Assembly: GCA_028823175.1 (NCBI GenBank)
Contig: JAPKBZ010000001.1
Location: 96,350-160,349 of the forward strand
Reading direction: 5' to 3'
DNA: 64,000 bases
Origin: Myxococcota bacterium
Lineage (GTDB): Bacteria > Myxococcota_A > UBA9160 > UBA4427
A model generated the notes under the pieces. It made no database searches and had not been told where the DNA came from. It saw nothing but the letters and a program-made list of their open reading frames with translations. A program made the position numbers and the translations under genes. This document shows positions 1 through 8,390 of this stretch, in pieces; position 1 is the stretch's first letter; each line of letters begins with the position of its first letter.

Positions 1-327
1 CCAAGTTCCAATCTCCGGGTGGTCGAGGTTTTTGAGTGCGGTAGGGACCATGACCGCGGAGCCAAGAAAGGGCGTCGGGGTGACGGCGTGCCCAAGGGAT
101 TGGGCAGCGATACAGGCGTCGAGAAGTCCCAAATCGCTGCCGCCGCTTTGCTCGGGCAAGAGAATGCCGGTCATCCCCAATTCGGCGAGGGATTGCCAGA
201 TTTCGGGATCGTTCGGACAATCCTCGTGGCGGAGTTCGCGGACTCTTTCGATGGGTACACGATCCGAGAGAAAACTTCGTAGAGTTTCTTCGAGTAGAAT
301 CTGATCTTCCGAAATTCCAAAGTCCAT
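1..327 (-). CDS. acyl-CoA dehydrogenase, N-terminal part (C-terminus lies beyond the left window edge)
   Basis: Not in the ORF track. The reverse complement from ATG at 327-325 reads MDFGISEDQILLEETLRSFLSDRVPIERVRELRHEDCPNDPEIWQSLAELGMTGILLPEQSGG..., a typical ACAD N-terminal helical domain, open to position 1. Confidence 0.7.
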   Translation of the reverse strand, partial: MDFGISEDQILLEETLRSFLSDRVPIERVRELRHEDCPNDPEIWQSLAELGMTGILLPEQSGGSDLGLLDACIAAQSLGHAVTPTPFLGSAVMVPTALKNLDHPEIGTW

Positions 328-406
328 GATTATTTCCTTGTGCGTGCTCGGTTCGTCCTGATTTCACTTATCCAGGAATGGGGTGGGCATTCTGAGGTGG
401 AGCCCT

Positions 407-1603
407 TCATGCCTTGGCAGGCTTGGGCTCCCTGGGCATCCCGAGGCCGCGCTCCGAAATGATATTTTTTTGGATCTGGGCTGTTCCTCCGCCAATAATG
501 AGGCCGAGGGAGAAGAACGAGTGAGCCTGCCAGTAGCCAAGGTCTCGTTCGTAGGGCGTGTGGTCGTAAAGCGCTCCGAGTTCGCCCATTACGTCGATCG
601 CCAGGGAGGAGATGTCGAAATTCAGCTGGCAATTTCTAAGCTTGGTCACGAGGCCAGCCACTCCGGGCGCTTCGTCCCTCAGGCTACATGTAACCATCCG
701 CATCGCGTGGAATTTCATCGCCATGGATCGCGCTTGGAGTTGCATGAGACGATCCCTGAATACCGGGCTCGCCATGGCAGAAACGCCGTTGCAGGTTTCT
801 CTCTCCATTAGACGCATCAGCTTTATCATTGTCCCCTCGCTATTCGCGTTGAGACTATTTCGCTCATGCTTCAGGGTGGTATTTGCGATGCGCCAACCCT
901 CTCCTCGTTTACCCACGACGTTGACTTGGGGCACTCGGACATCGGTAAAGAAGACCTGGTTAAATGAATTTTCGCCCAAATCTCCCGACATGGTTCGAAG
1001 CGGTTGCACCTCGATGCCAGGGGTGTCCATGGGGAGCAGGATGTAGCTGATACCCGAGTGCTTGGGTGCATCGGGTTCTGTGCGTACGAGGATGAAGATC
1101 ATCTGAGATCTGTCCGCCGTACTTGTCCAAATTTTCTGGCCACTGATGAGAAAATCGTCTCCATCCTCCTTCGCAGAAGTCTGGAGGCTGGCAAGATCGC
1201 TACCCGAGCCCGGCTCGGAATAACCCTGGCACCACGTGATTTCGCCTCGCATGGTCGGGGAGATCCAGCGGAGTCGTTGTTCCTCGCTTCCGTGTTCGAG
1301 GAGTGTGGGAACGAGCATCGAAGGTCCCTGGCTCGACATTCCGCGAGGGATACCCGCGCGGTTGAATTCCTCATCCATGATCACGGTCTCGAGCAGGTCG
1401 GGTTCTGCGCCGTAGCCACCGTATTTCTTCGGGATGGTACGGGCCCAATATCCGTGCTCGATCTGCAGGCTCAGCCATTCGACCAGCCGCTGTCGTCGGC
1501 CACTCGAGAGGGGTGATTCGCTCTGGAGGGGCTTGTTCTCTTCGAGAAAGGATCGGACCTCCATCCGAAACTCTTCGTATTTCTGTCCGTATGATAGATC
1601 CAT
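407..1603 (-). CDS. acyl-CoA dehydrogenase
   Basis: 398 aa. ACAD hallmarks include 'WCQGYSEPGSGSDLASLQTSA', 'ISGQKIWTSTA' and a C-terminal 'GGTAQIQKNIISERGLG'. Confidence 0.9.
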   Translation of the reverse strand: MDLSYGQKYEEFRMEVRSFLEENKPLQSESPLSSGRRQRLVEWLSLQIEHGYWARTIPKKYGGYGAEPDLLETVIMDEEFNRAGIPRGMSSQGPSMLVPTLLEHGSEEQRLRWISPTMRGEITWCQGYSEPGSGSDLASLQTSAKEDGDDFLISGQKIWTSTADRSQMIFILVRTEPDAPKHSGISYILLPMDTPGIEVQPLRTMSGDLGENSFNQVFFTDVRVPQVNVVGKRGEGWRIANTTLKHERNSLNANSEGTMIKLMRLMERETCNGVSAMASPVFRDRLMQLQARSMAMKFHAMRMVTCSLRDEAPGVAGLVTKLRNCQLNFDISSLAIDVMGELGALYDHTPYERDLGYWQAHSFFSLGLIIGGGTAQIQKNIISERGLGMPREPKPAKA

Positions 1604-1665
1604 GCGTTTCCTTTCACGTGTTACATGTGCTGGACGTCGTGCGCCTCACGAGGCAAGGGTCCAGT

Positions 1666-2457
1666 CTATTTGCGTTCGCCAGACTTCGGAGGGTCGACAG
1701 GGCCGCCTGCGAAACACTGGGCGATGCTCATCCATTCTTTAGCGACTTGGCCGCCGACTTCGAGGGCGGTATCCCCGACATTTCTCCCCTGGGTCACGAC
1801 GTGGCAAAACTCCGCCGCGCTTCCTCTGACGTAGTCGGTTTCACTCGGATCGTTCCATTCCCAAATTTCGCCTGATGGGGCAACGAGGCGCACATAGGGG
1901 GGAGGGCCCGGGGTCTCACGTTTCCGGTTGATAAAAGTCCAGCCGAAAGTCCGTATTCCTATGGCGGCGACATTTTTGATTCGGTCGTTGTAGCTACGCT
2001 GCGCGCCCTTGAGGTCGTAGACCTCCTGGCCGTGGGCCCAGGTTTCCATGTATCGGGCGGTGGTGAACATACGGACGCCCATATCGGGACCGAACCAGGG
2101 CAGGCGCTTTTTTGGATTCGACTCTCCCAATTCCGTCGCCATCAGGCGGCAGGTTGTTAGCCATCGCTCGAGGAGTTCGTCCGGGGGTATTTCGCCGAAC
2201 TCGCTTCGCGCAATCTGGGCGTTGGTCATGCCCTTGCCAATGGAGCCGATCAAGGCATCACGTTTGGCAATAAAGGGCTCCTCACCCTCGAGCGCTGTCA
2301 GGGAGACCAGGTCGAAATAGTGAAGGTGGGCCACCACATCCCAGGGCGTCCAGCTCATGAAGCCGGTCGGGCGATCCCAGTCTTCTGGGTCCAGGCTCAG
2401 CAGGAAGGCGTGAAGCTCTTCGACTTCGGCGAGGAGGTCAGCACTTTCTTGTAGCAT
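1666..2457 (-). CDS. DinB/MDMPI_N-superfamily protein (TIGR03084-like)
   Basis: 263 aa. The N-terminal 'WDRPTGFMSWTPWDVVAHLHYFD' resembles the mycothiol maleylpyruvate isomerase N-terminal metal-binding fold. The family name is recalled from memory. Confidence 0.6.
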   Translation of the reverse strand: MLQESADLLAEVEELHAFLLSLDPEDWDRPTGFMSWTPWDVVAHLHYFDLVSLTALEGEEPFIAKRDALIGSIGKGMTNAQIARSEFGEIPPDELLERWLTTCRLMATELGESNPKKRLPWFGPDMGVRMFTTARYMETWAHGQEVYDLKGAQRSYNDRIKNVAAIGIRTFGWTFINRKRETPGPPPYVRLVAPSGEIWEWNDPSETDYVRGSAAEFCHVVTQGRNVGDTALEVGGQVAKEWMSIAQCFAGGPVDPPKSGERK

Positions 2458-2538
2458 TTGGTTTTTCTCCTGATCCTTCCGCTCGGCTGAGAGTTGAATC
2501 TTTGGGAATAAGGCGGGAGTCGTGCCCCCAAAAATCTT

Positions 2539-3717
2539 CTAAAAGCCTAATTGCTTGGCGAGATAATGCATCATTGTTTCGTCGGAACCACCACCGATGC
2601 TCCCCAGCCTGGAATCGACGAATGCGCGCCCGGCCGGGCTCTCTCGCATATAACCGTACCCTCCGCTGAACTGGATACATTGGTCAGAGACGCTCCGGGA
2701 TACACGCGCACAGAAAAGCTTCGCCATGCTGATCATCTCGGTGGCGTCCTCGCCCGCCACGACTCTGCGCACGCAAGCTCGGACGAGCTCATGGGCCGCA
2801 GTAATGTCGGTGAGCATTTCGACGAATCGGAACTGGGTGTTTTGCATCTTGGATAGAGGCTTCCCGAAGAGAATGCGTTCCTCGGCCCATTTCCGCGTCG
2901 CTTCCCAGACATCTTTAGCGCTGGCGATACTGGAGACGCAAGCGACTAGGCGTTCGTCCTGGAATTGCATCATCTGCTGTTGGAAACCTCGGCCGATCTC
3001 ACCGATGGTGTGGCTGACGGGAACGCGGACGTCGTCAAAAAAGAGCTGGCCCGTATCAGACCCCCTATTTCCGATCTTGTCGAGGAGTTCGTAGCTAAAA
3101 CCCGCTGAGTCCGTTGGGACGATAATCTGCGAGTACCCGCCGTAGCCCGCGTCGGGGTCCGTCACCGCGAGCAGGCAGAGCCAATCCGCAGTGGCGGCAT
3201 TGGTGATGTACATCTTTGATCCGTTGATCACCCATTCATCACCATCGAGGACAGCGCGGGTCTTGATCCCGGCCACGTCCGAGCCCGCGTCGGGCTCGGT
3301 GACGGCAATCGCACTGACCATCTCTCCGGCAATCGAGGGCACGAGAAAATGTTGTTTAAGTTCGTCACTTCCGAATTGATGGAGAGAGGGCGTGGCCATA
3401 TCGGTATGGACGCTGATTCCCATGGTGACGCCGGCATTGTCGCTGCGGCCAATTTCCTCGAAGAGAACCGCCGAGTAGGACCAGTCAAGACCGGAACCTC
3501 CCCACTTTTCGTCGTAGCGAAGGCCCAACATGCCGAGGTCGCCCATCTTTTTATAAAGAGATTTGTCGAAATGTCCCTGGGCATCAAATTCCCTGGCTCT
3601 TGGTCTCATCTCTTCGTCGACAAATTGGCGAACCGTCGCTCTAAAAAGCTGGTGTTCGGGCGTGGAGTAAATATCGTCACTCATGGGTGGGCTCTTTTTA
3701 TTCGAGGAATCGGCCAA
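2539..3717 (-). CDS. acyl-CoA dehydrogenase
   Basis: 392 aa with 'AVTEPDAGSDVAGIKTRA', 'INGSKMYITNA' and 'GGGSDETMMHYLAKQLGF'. Confidence 0.9.
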   Translation of the reverse strand: MADSSNKKSPPMSDDIYSTPEHQLFRATVRQFVDEEMRPRAREFDAQGHFDKSLYKKMGDLGMLGLRYDEKWGGSGLDWSYSAVLFEEIGRSDNAGVTMGISVHTDMATPSLHQFGSDELKQHFLVPSIAGEMVSAIAVTEPDAGSDVAGIKTRAVLDGDEWVINGSKMYITNAATADWLCLLAVTDPDAGYGGYSQIIVPTDSAGFSYELLDKIGNRGSDTGQLFFDDVRVPVSHTIGEIGRGFQQQMMQFQDERLVACVSSIASAKDVWEATRKWAEERILFGKPLSKMQNTQFRFVEMLTDITAAHELVRACVRRVVAGEDATEMISMAKLFCARVSRSVSDQCIQFSGGYGYMRESPAGRAFVDSRLGSIGGGSDETMMHYLAKQLGF

Positions 3718-3746
3718 TCGGGGTTTTGGTTATGGCCAGCCCCCGC

Positions 3747-4865
3747 CTACTCGTCCGCCAGATCGTCCAGGCGTGACATGGTATCGGCGTACTCGCCAAC
3801 GAGATCTTCGATGACTGTACGGACCGATTTCACGTGGTTCATGGAGCCGACGATCTGCCCTACAAAGTAGTTGTCCAGAGCTCGCGCCCCGGCATTTTTG
3901 TGGGAAGATCGCGAGATGCGCGCCCGGGCCTCGCGCACGAGTCGGGGCTGCAGGGGCATGGGAAGCGGGTCGGGGTTGGAAGGATCGTCCCAGGCATCGG
4001 TCCAGGCACTCCGGAGCTGCCGGGCGGGCTTGCCCGTGAGAGATCGACTGCGCAGGGTGTCGTTCGAGCTGGCCGCGAGGAATTTTTCCTTGACCACGGG
4101 ATGTGTTTCGGCCTCTTCGGTGGTCAGCCAGATGGAACCGGCCCAAACACCCTGGGCTCCCAGGGCCAGGGCGGCTGTAACCTGCCGCCCGTTGCCGATG
4201 CCCCCTGCGGCCAGAACAGGAACCGGATGGACGGCGTCCACGACTTCAGGGACCAGAACCATTGTAGAGACTTCGCCGGTATGCCCGCCGGCTTCGTAGC
4301 CCTGGGCGACTACGATATCCACGCCCGCTTCTACGTGGCGCCGGGCGTGCTCTACGGTTCCTGCGAGGGCGGCGACCTTCACGCCCTTCTCCCGGCCTCG
4401 TTCGATCATCCAGGCCGGAGGCGGGCCGAGGGCACTCGCGATCAGGCTGATATTGTGCTCGAACACGAGTTCGATGACATCTCTCTGCTTCTCGTAGCCG
4501 ACGGCAAATTCCGGGGCCAGGCGGACGTCCCCGGAGAGCTCAGGAACGTCGTGCTGTTTGAGGAGGTCGTCGAGAAAACGCTTGTGCTCCTCGGGAATTC
4601 GCTCATCCAATTGTGAACCGTCGAAGCCGCCTCGATCACTGCCGGCGAATTTGGTCGGCAGGAGCAGGTCGACACCGTAGGGCTTGTCGCCCACTTCGTT
4701 TTCGATCCACTCGAGTTCCATCTTGAGGTCTTCCAGCGAATGGCCCGCTACCCCCAGAACGCCGAGTCCGCCCGCCTTCGAGACAGCGGCGGCGACGTCA
4801 CGACAGTGGGTAAAAGCAAAAATGGGGAACTCGAGGCCCATTTCCTGGGCAAGCTTGGATCGCAT
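3747..4865 (-). CDS. nitronate monooxygenase / 2-nitropropane dioxygenase-type FMN oxidoreductase
   Basis: 372 aa. TIM-barrel NMO motifs: 'FPIFAFTHCRDVAAAVSKAGGLGVLG', 'VVAQGYEAGGHTG', 'VLAAGGIGNGRQVTAALALGAQGVW'. Confidence 0.85.
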   Translation of the reverse strand: MRSKLAQEMGLEFPIFAFTHCRDVAAAVSKAGGLGVLGVAGHSLEDLKMELEWIENEVGDKPYGVDLLLPTKFAGSDRGGFDGSQLDERIPEEHKRFLDDLLKQHDVPELSGDVRLAPEFAVGYEKQRDVIELVFEHNISLIASALGPPPAWMIERGREKGVKVAALAGTVEHARRHVEAGVDIVVAQGYEAGGHTGEVSTMVLVPEVVDAVHPVPVLAAGGIGNGRQVTAALALGAQGVWAGSIWLTTEEAETHPVVKEKFLAASSNDTLRSRSLTGKPARQLRSAWTDAWDDPSNPDPLPMPLQPRLVREARARISRSSHKNAGARALDNYFVGQIVGSMNHVKSVRTVIEDLVGEYADTMSRLDDLADE

Positions 4866-4993
4866 CTGGGGGGCCCTCCGTGTGCCGCGATACCGAGAGA
4901 TCCGGTGCGCGGACTTGACAGGTTTTCGACTTTTCTATTTAGATCGGAGATCGGGCAAGCCCAAGGGCTAATAGCGCGCATTTCGCGAGGGGC

Positions 4994-5770
4994 TCAGGCG
5001 TCCCCTTCTTCGGTCCATGCGGCCTTGCGACGCCCGAGAAAAGCCGCCATGCCCTCCTTTGCTTCCTCCCCCGCAAAGAGCTTTGCAGAGAGTCGCGCGG
5101 TGTACTTGAAAGCTTCTTGCTGCTCCATGGCAGGGACCTCGTAAACGAGGCGCTTGGCGAGGCCCAGGGCGCTCGGCCCACCCTTGCGAAGGTCGGCGAG
5201 TACTTCCTCGAGGGCGGCGTCGAGTTGATCGGCAGGGACGGCGCGATTGATCAGCCCGAGCTCGGCTGCACGACTGGCAGGAAAGCGATTGCCGCGCAGG
5301 AAAGCTTCCATGGCTTCACCGGCGCGCATCTTGGGTAGACAGACTACCGAGATGATCGCGGGAATCACGCCCAGGCGGACTTCGGTGAAACCGAATTTGA
5401 CCTCTTCGTCGGCGATGGAAATGTCGAGGGCTGCGGCGAGTCCGTTGCCGCCTCCGACCACGTGCCCGCGAATCTTTCCGAGGATCGGGGTCGGGGATTG
5501 CTGAATGGCCTCAAGGAGATCGCCGAAGCCGATCTTGGAATGGCCCTGGGTTTTGACTGCGCCAGATTGTTCCTTGAGGTTCGCACCCGCGCAGAAGGTT
5601 GATCCCTCGTTGGTGATGACGACGGCTCGCACATCCGGGTCGGCGTTGGCCTTTGCGATGGCGTCGATCAGGCCGTTGAGAAGGGCCGATCCCAGGGCGT
5701 TGCGGTTGTCGACATCGACCAGGGTGGCGGTCATGATGCCGCGTTCGGTCGTGACTCGGACGGGTTCCAT
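4994..5770 (-). CDS. enoyl-CoA hydratase/isomerase family protein
   Basis: 258 aa. Crotonase fold with 'VVITNEGSTFCAGANLKE' and 'GHVVGGGNGLAAALDI'. Confidence 0.9.
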   Translation of the reverse strand: MEPVRVTTERGIMTATLVDVDNRNALGSALLNGLIDAIAKANADPDVRAVVITNEGSTFCAGANLKEQSGAVKTQGHSKIGFGDLLEAIQQSPTPILGKIRGHVVGGGNGLAAALDISIADEEVKFGFTEVRLGVIPAIISVVCLPKMRAGEAMEAFLRGNRFPASRAAELGLINRAVPADQLDAALEEVLADLRKGGPSALGLAKRLVYEVPAMEQQEAFKYTARLSAKLFAGEEAKEGMAAFLGRRKAAWTEEGDA

Positions 5771-5785
5771 CAGGGCTCCAATTAT

Positions 5786-6604
5786 CTAGCGCCCCTTGAA
5801 CTGAGGCGGTCTCTTCTCCACGAAAGCCATGATGCCCTCTATGGTGTCCTTGCTTCCGAAATTTACGGTTTGGGACCACGCCTCGGCATCCAGGGCCTCG
5901 GAAAAACTCGAGCCCAGGGAGTTGGCGAGCATGCGCTTGGTCATCTGGAGGGCGAGAGGGGGGCCAGCTGCGAGCCGATTTGCCCAATCGTCCACGAAGG
6001 CATCGAGTTCGTCATCGGGGATGACGCGGTTGACGATGCCGAGTTCCATCGCTTCGCGTGCAGGAACGATATCGGCCAGCAAGGCCAGCTCCTTGGCTTT
6101 GTGGATCCCCACCAGTCGCGGCAGGAGCCATGTCCCACCGAAATCAACCGAGAGGCCGCGGCGGGCAAAGATTTCCGAGAAGCGGGCGCTTTCCCCCGCC
6201 ACGACGAGATCGCAACCGAGGGCCAGATTCATGCCGGCCCCGACTGCGTCTCCGCCAACCTTGGCGAGGGTAGGCTTGGTCAGCGTGTGAAGTGCCAGGG
6301 CGGCGGCGTTGACAGTGTGCATGGAATCCATCGCGTGCCCGCCGGTCGCCGCGCCTCCGCTCAAGTCGGCGCCGGCACAAAAAGCACCCGCTGCGCCGGT
6401 AATGACGAGGACCCGGTCGTTCGGATTCTCACGGACCTCATGGAAAATCTGACGAAGGGGCTCCCACATTTCGGAGGTGATGGCGTTCTTCACGTGGGGC
6501 CGATTGAGGGTGAGGGTGACGACCCCGTTGTCTGATCGTTCGACCCGGAGTTCTTCCGAGAAGTCCTTGGCCTCGTGGATTGCGTTCGGCTCTGACCGGC
6601 TCAT
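5786..6604 (-). CDS. enoyl-CoA hydratase/isomerase family protein
   Basis: 272 aa with 'LVITGAAGAFCAGADLSG' and 'GDAVGAGMNLALGCDL'. Confidence 0.9.
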   Translation of the reverse strand: MSRSEPNAIHEAKDFSEELRVERSDNGVVTLTLNRPHVKNAITSEMWEPLRQIFHEVRENPNDRVLVITGAAGAFCAGADLSGGAATGGHAMDSMHTVNAAALALHTLTKPTLAKVGGDAVGAGMNLALGCDLVVAGESARFSEIFARRGLSVDFGGTWLLPRLVGIHKAKELALLADIVPAREAMELGIVNRVIPDDELDAFVDDWANRLAAGPPLALQMTKRMLANSLGSSFSEALDAEAWSQTVNFGSKDTIEGIMAFVEKRPPQFKGR

Positions 6605-6623
6605 AGACCCCCCCCTTGGAGAT

Positions 6624-6661
6624 GGTAATATTGATTGAATATTGTTACCATAACTGTTACC
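6624..6661. promoter_or_regulatory. candidate operator/promoter element in the divergent intergenic region
   Basis: An AT-rich island, GGTAATATTGATTGAATATTGTTACCATAACTGTTACC, sits in GC-rich context. AATATTG occurs twice (6627, 6638), TGTTACC twice (6643, 6655), and GGTAA/TTACC are inverted. It lies between divergent starts at 6604 and 6723, and a TetR gene closes the right-hand operon. Confidence 0.3.
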
Positions 6662-6722
6662 TCTCTGTCAACGTGAGCCGATCCGGTCTTTAGGACCCCA
6701 ACAAAGGATAAAAGAGAAGCGA

Positions 6723-8390
6723 ATGCGCCCCTCCTTGCTTGCTCCCCCCTTGAATTCGAGCCTCAATACGCGCAGCGACGAGTTCAGCGAGAACCGCGAG
6801 GCGATGCTCGAAAAATTGTCGGTCATCGATGAACTTCTTGAGGAGGCCGAGGCCGGCGGAGGCCCGGCCCATCACGAGCGCCTGGCGAAGCGCGGAAAGT
6901 TGCCGGTTCGCGAGCGCATTGCCCTGGCTCTCGACCCCGATAGTCCCTTCCTCGAGATCAGTTCGCTGGCCGGTTACAACTCGGACTATGTCGTCGGGGG
7001 CGGTGCGGTGTTGGGAATTGGAGTTATTGCGGGGGTCGAGTGCGTAATCTTCGCGAATGATCCCACCGTGCTCGGCGGGGCATTGACTCCCTATGTCGGG
7101 AAGAAGTGGATGCGTGCCCTAGAGATCGCACGAGATAACGGGATTCCCTACGTGAGCTTCGTCGAATCCGCGGGCGCTGATCTTCGCCGAGGGGGAGGCG
7201 GGGGCGATGGTGGAGACAAAAAGAAAAAGAAGAGCCGGCCTGCGAAGGTGGACCACTTCGCCGAGTCGGGTCGCTTCTTCTACGAAATGATCGAACTCTC
7301 AAAGCTCGAGATTCCGACGGTTTGCGTAGTGTTCGGCTCCTCGACTGCGGGTGGCGCCTACCAGCCCGGAATGTCCGACTACAATATTGTGATCAAGCAG
7401 CAGTCCAAAATATTTTTGGCAGGTCCGCCGCTAGTAAAAATGGCGACGGGCGAGGAGTCCGACGACGAGACTCTGGGTGGCGCCCAGATGCACTCGGAAA
7501 TTTCGGGCCTGGCGGAATACCTGGCCGAAGACGAACCCGATGCACTTCGTCTCTGCCGCGAGGTCGTCTCTCATCTGAATTTCCAAAAGGCCGGTCCCCC
7601 CCCCAGTCTGAAATCCGATGAACCGGTTCACGACCCCGAAGATCTTCTGGGGATCATGAGCGCCGATCTCCGCCGGCCGGTCGATGTTCGCGATGTGGTG
7701 GCTCGGGTGGTCGATGGGTCGCGCTTCGAGGAGTTCAAGCCCCGCTACGGCACTACCCTGATCTGCGGTTGGGCATCGATTCAAGGCTACCCCATCGGAA
7801 TCCTCGGGAATAATGGGGTTCTCAACCCCGAAGCAGCGGAGAAGGCGGCGCATTTTATCCAGCTCTCCAATCAGATCGATGTACCGCTGCTCTTTCTGCA
7901 AAACGTGACAGGCTTCGTGGTTGGGCGAGAAGTTGAGCATGCCGGGATTATCAAGAAGGGTTCCCAAATGATCAACGCGGTGACGAACTCGACGGTCCCG
8001 CACATCACGGTGATTCTCGGAAACTCGTATGGGGCGGCCACTTATGCGATGTCCGGCCGGGCCTACAACAACCGCTTCACCTTCATCTGGCCGAGCGCAA
8101 AAATTGCCGTGATGGGCGGAAAGCAGATAGCCGGCGTCATGTCGATGGTTCGGAGAGGTCAGGCCATGCGCAAGGGCGAAGAATTCGACGAAGACGCGGA
8201 TACAAAAATCCGAGCCGGCGTCGAAGCGGCCCAGGATGCTGGCTCCCTCGCTCTTGAGGCCAGCGGCGCCATCAGCGATGACGGGATTATTGATCCCCGG
8301 GATACCCGCACGGTTCTCGGGATCTGCCTTTCCGTAGTTCGGGCCAAGGCGGTCGAAGGCACGGATGGATACGGGGTGTTCAGACTGTGA
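6723..8390 (+). CDS. acyl-CoA carboxylase carboxyltransferase (beta) subunit, methylcrotonyl/geranyl-CoA carboxylase type
   Basis: 555 aa. Carboxyl-transferase domains include 'GSSTAGGAYQPGMSDYNIVIKQQSKIFLAGPPLVKMATGE' and 'GAATYAMSGRAYN'. The stop overlaps the next start (GTGA at 8387-8390). Confidence 0.9.
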   Translation: MRPSLLAPPLNSSLNTRSDEFSENREAMLEKLSVIDELLEEAEAGGGPAHHERLAKRGKLPVRERIALALDPDSPFLEISSLAGYNSDYVVGGGAVLGIGVIAGVECVIFANDPTVLGGALTPYVGKKWMRALEIARDNGIPYVSFVESAGADLRRGGGGGDGGDKKKKKSRPAKVDHFAESGRFFYEMIELSKLEIPTVCVVFGSSTAGGAYQPGMSDYNIVIKQQSKIFLAGPPLVKMATGEESDDETLGGAQMHSEISGLAEYLAEDEPDALRLCREVVSHLNFQKAGPPPSLKSDEPVHDPEDLLGIMSADLRRPVDVRDVVARVVDGSRFEEFKPRYGTTLICGWASIQGYPIGILGNNGVLNPEAAEKAAHFIQLSNQIDVPLLFLQNVTGFVVGREVEHAGIIKKGSQMINAVTNSTVPHITVILGNSYGAATYAMSGRAYNNRFTFIWPSAKIAVMGGKQIAGVMSMVRRGQAMRKGEEFDEDADTKIRAGVEAAQDAGSLALEASGAISDDGIIDPRDTRTVLGICLSVVRAKAVEGTDGYGVFRL

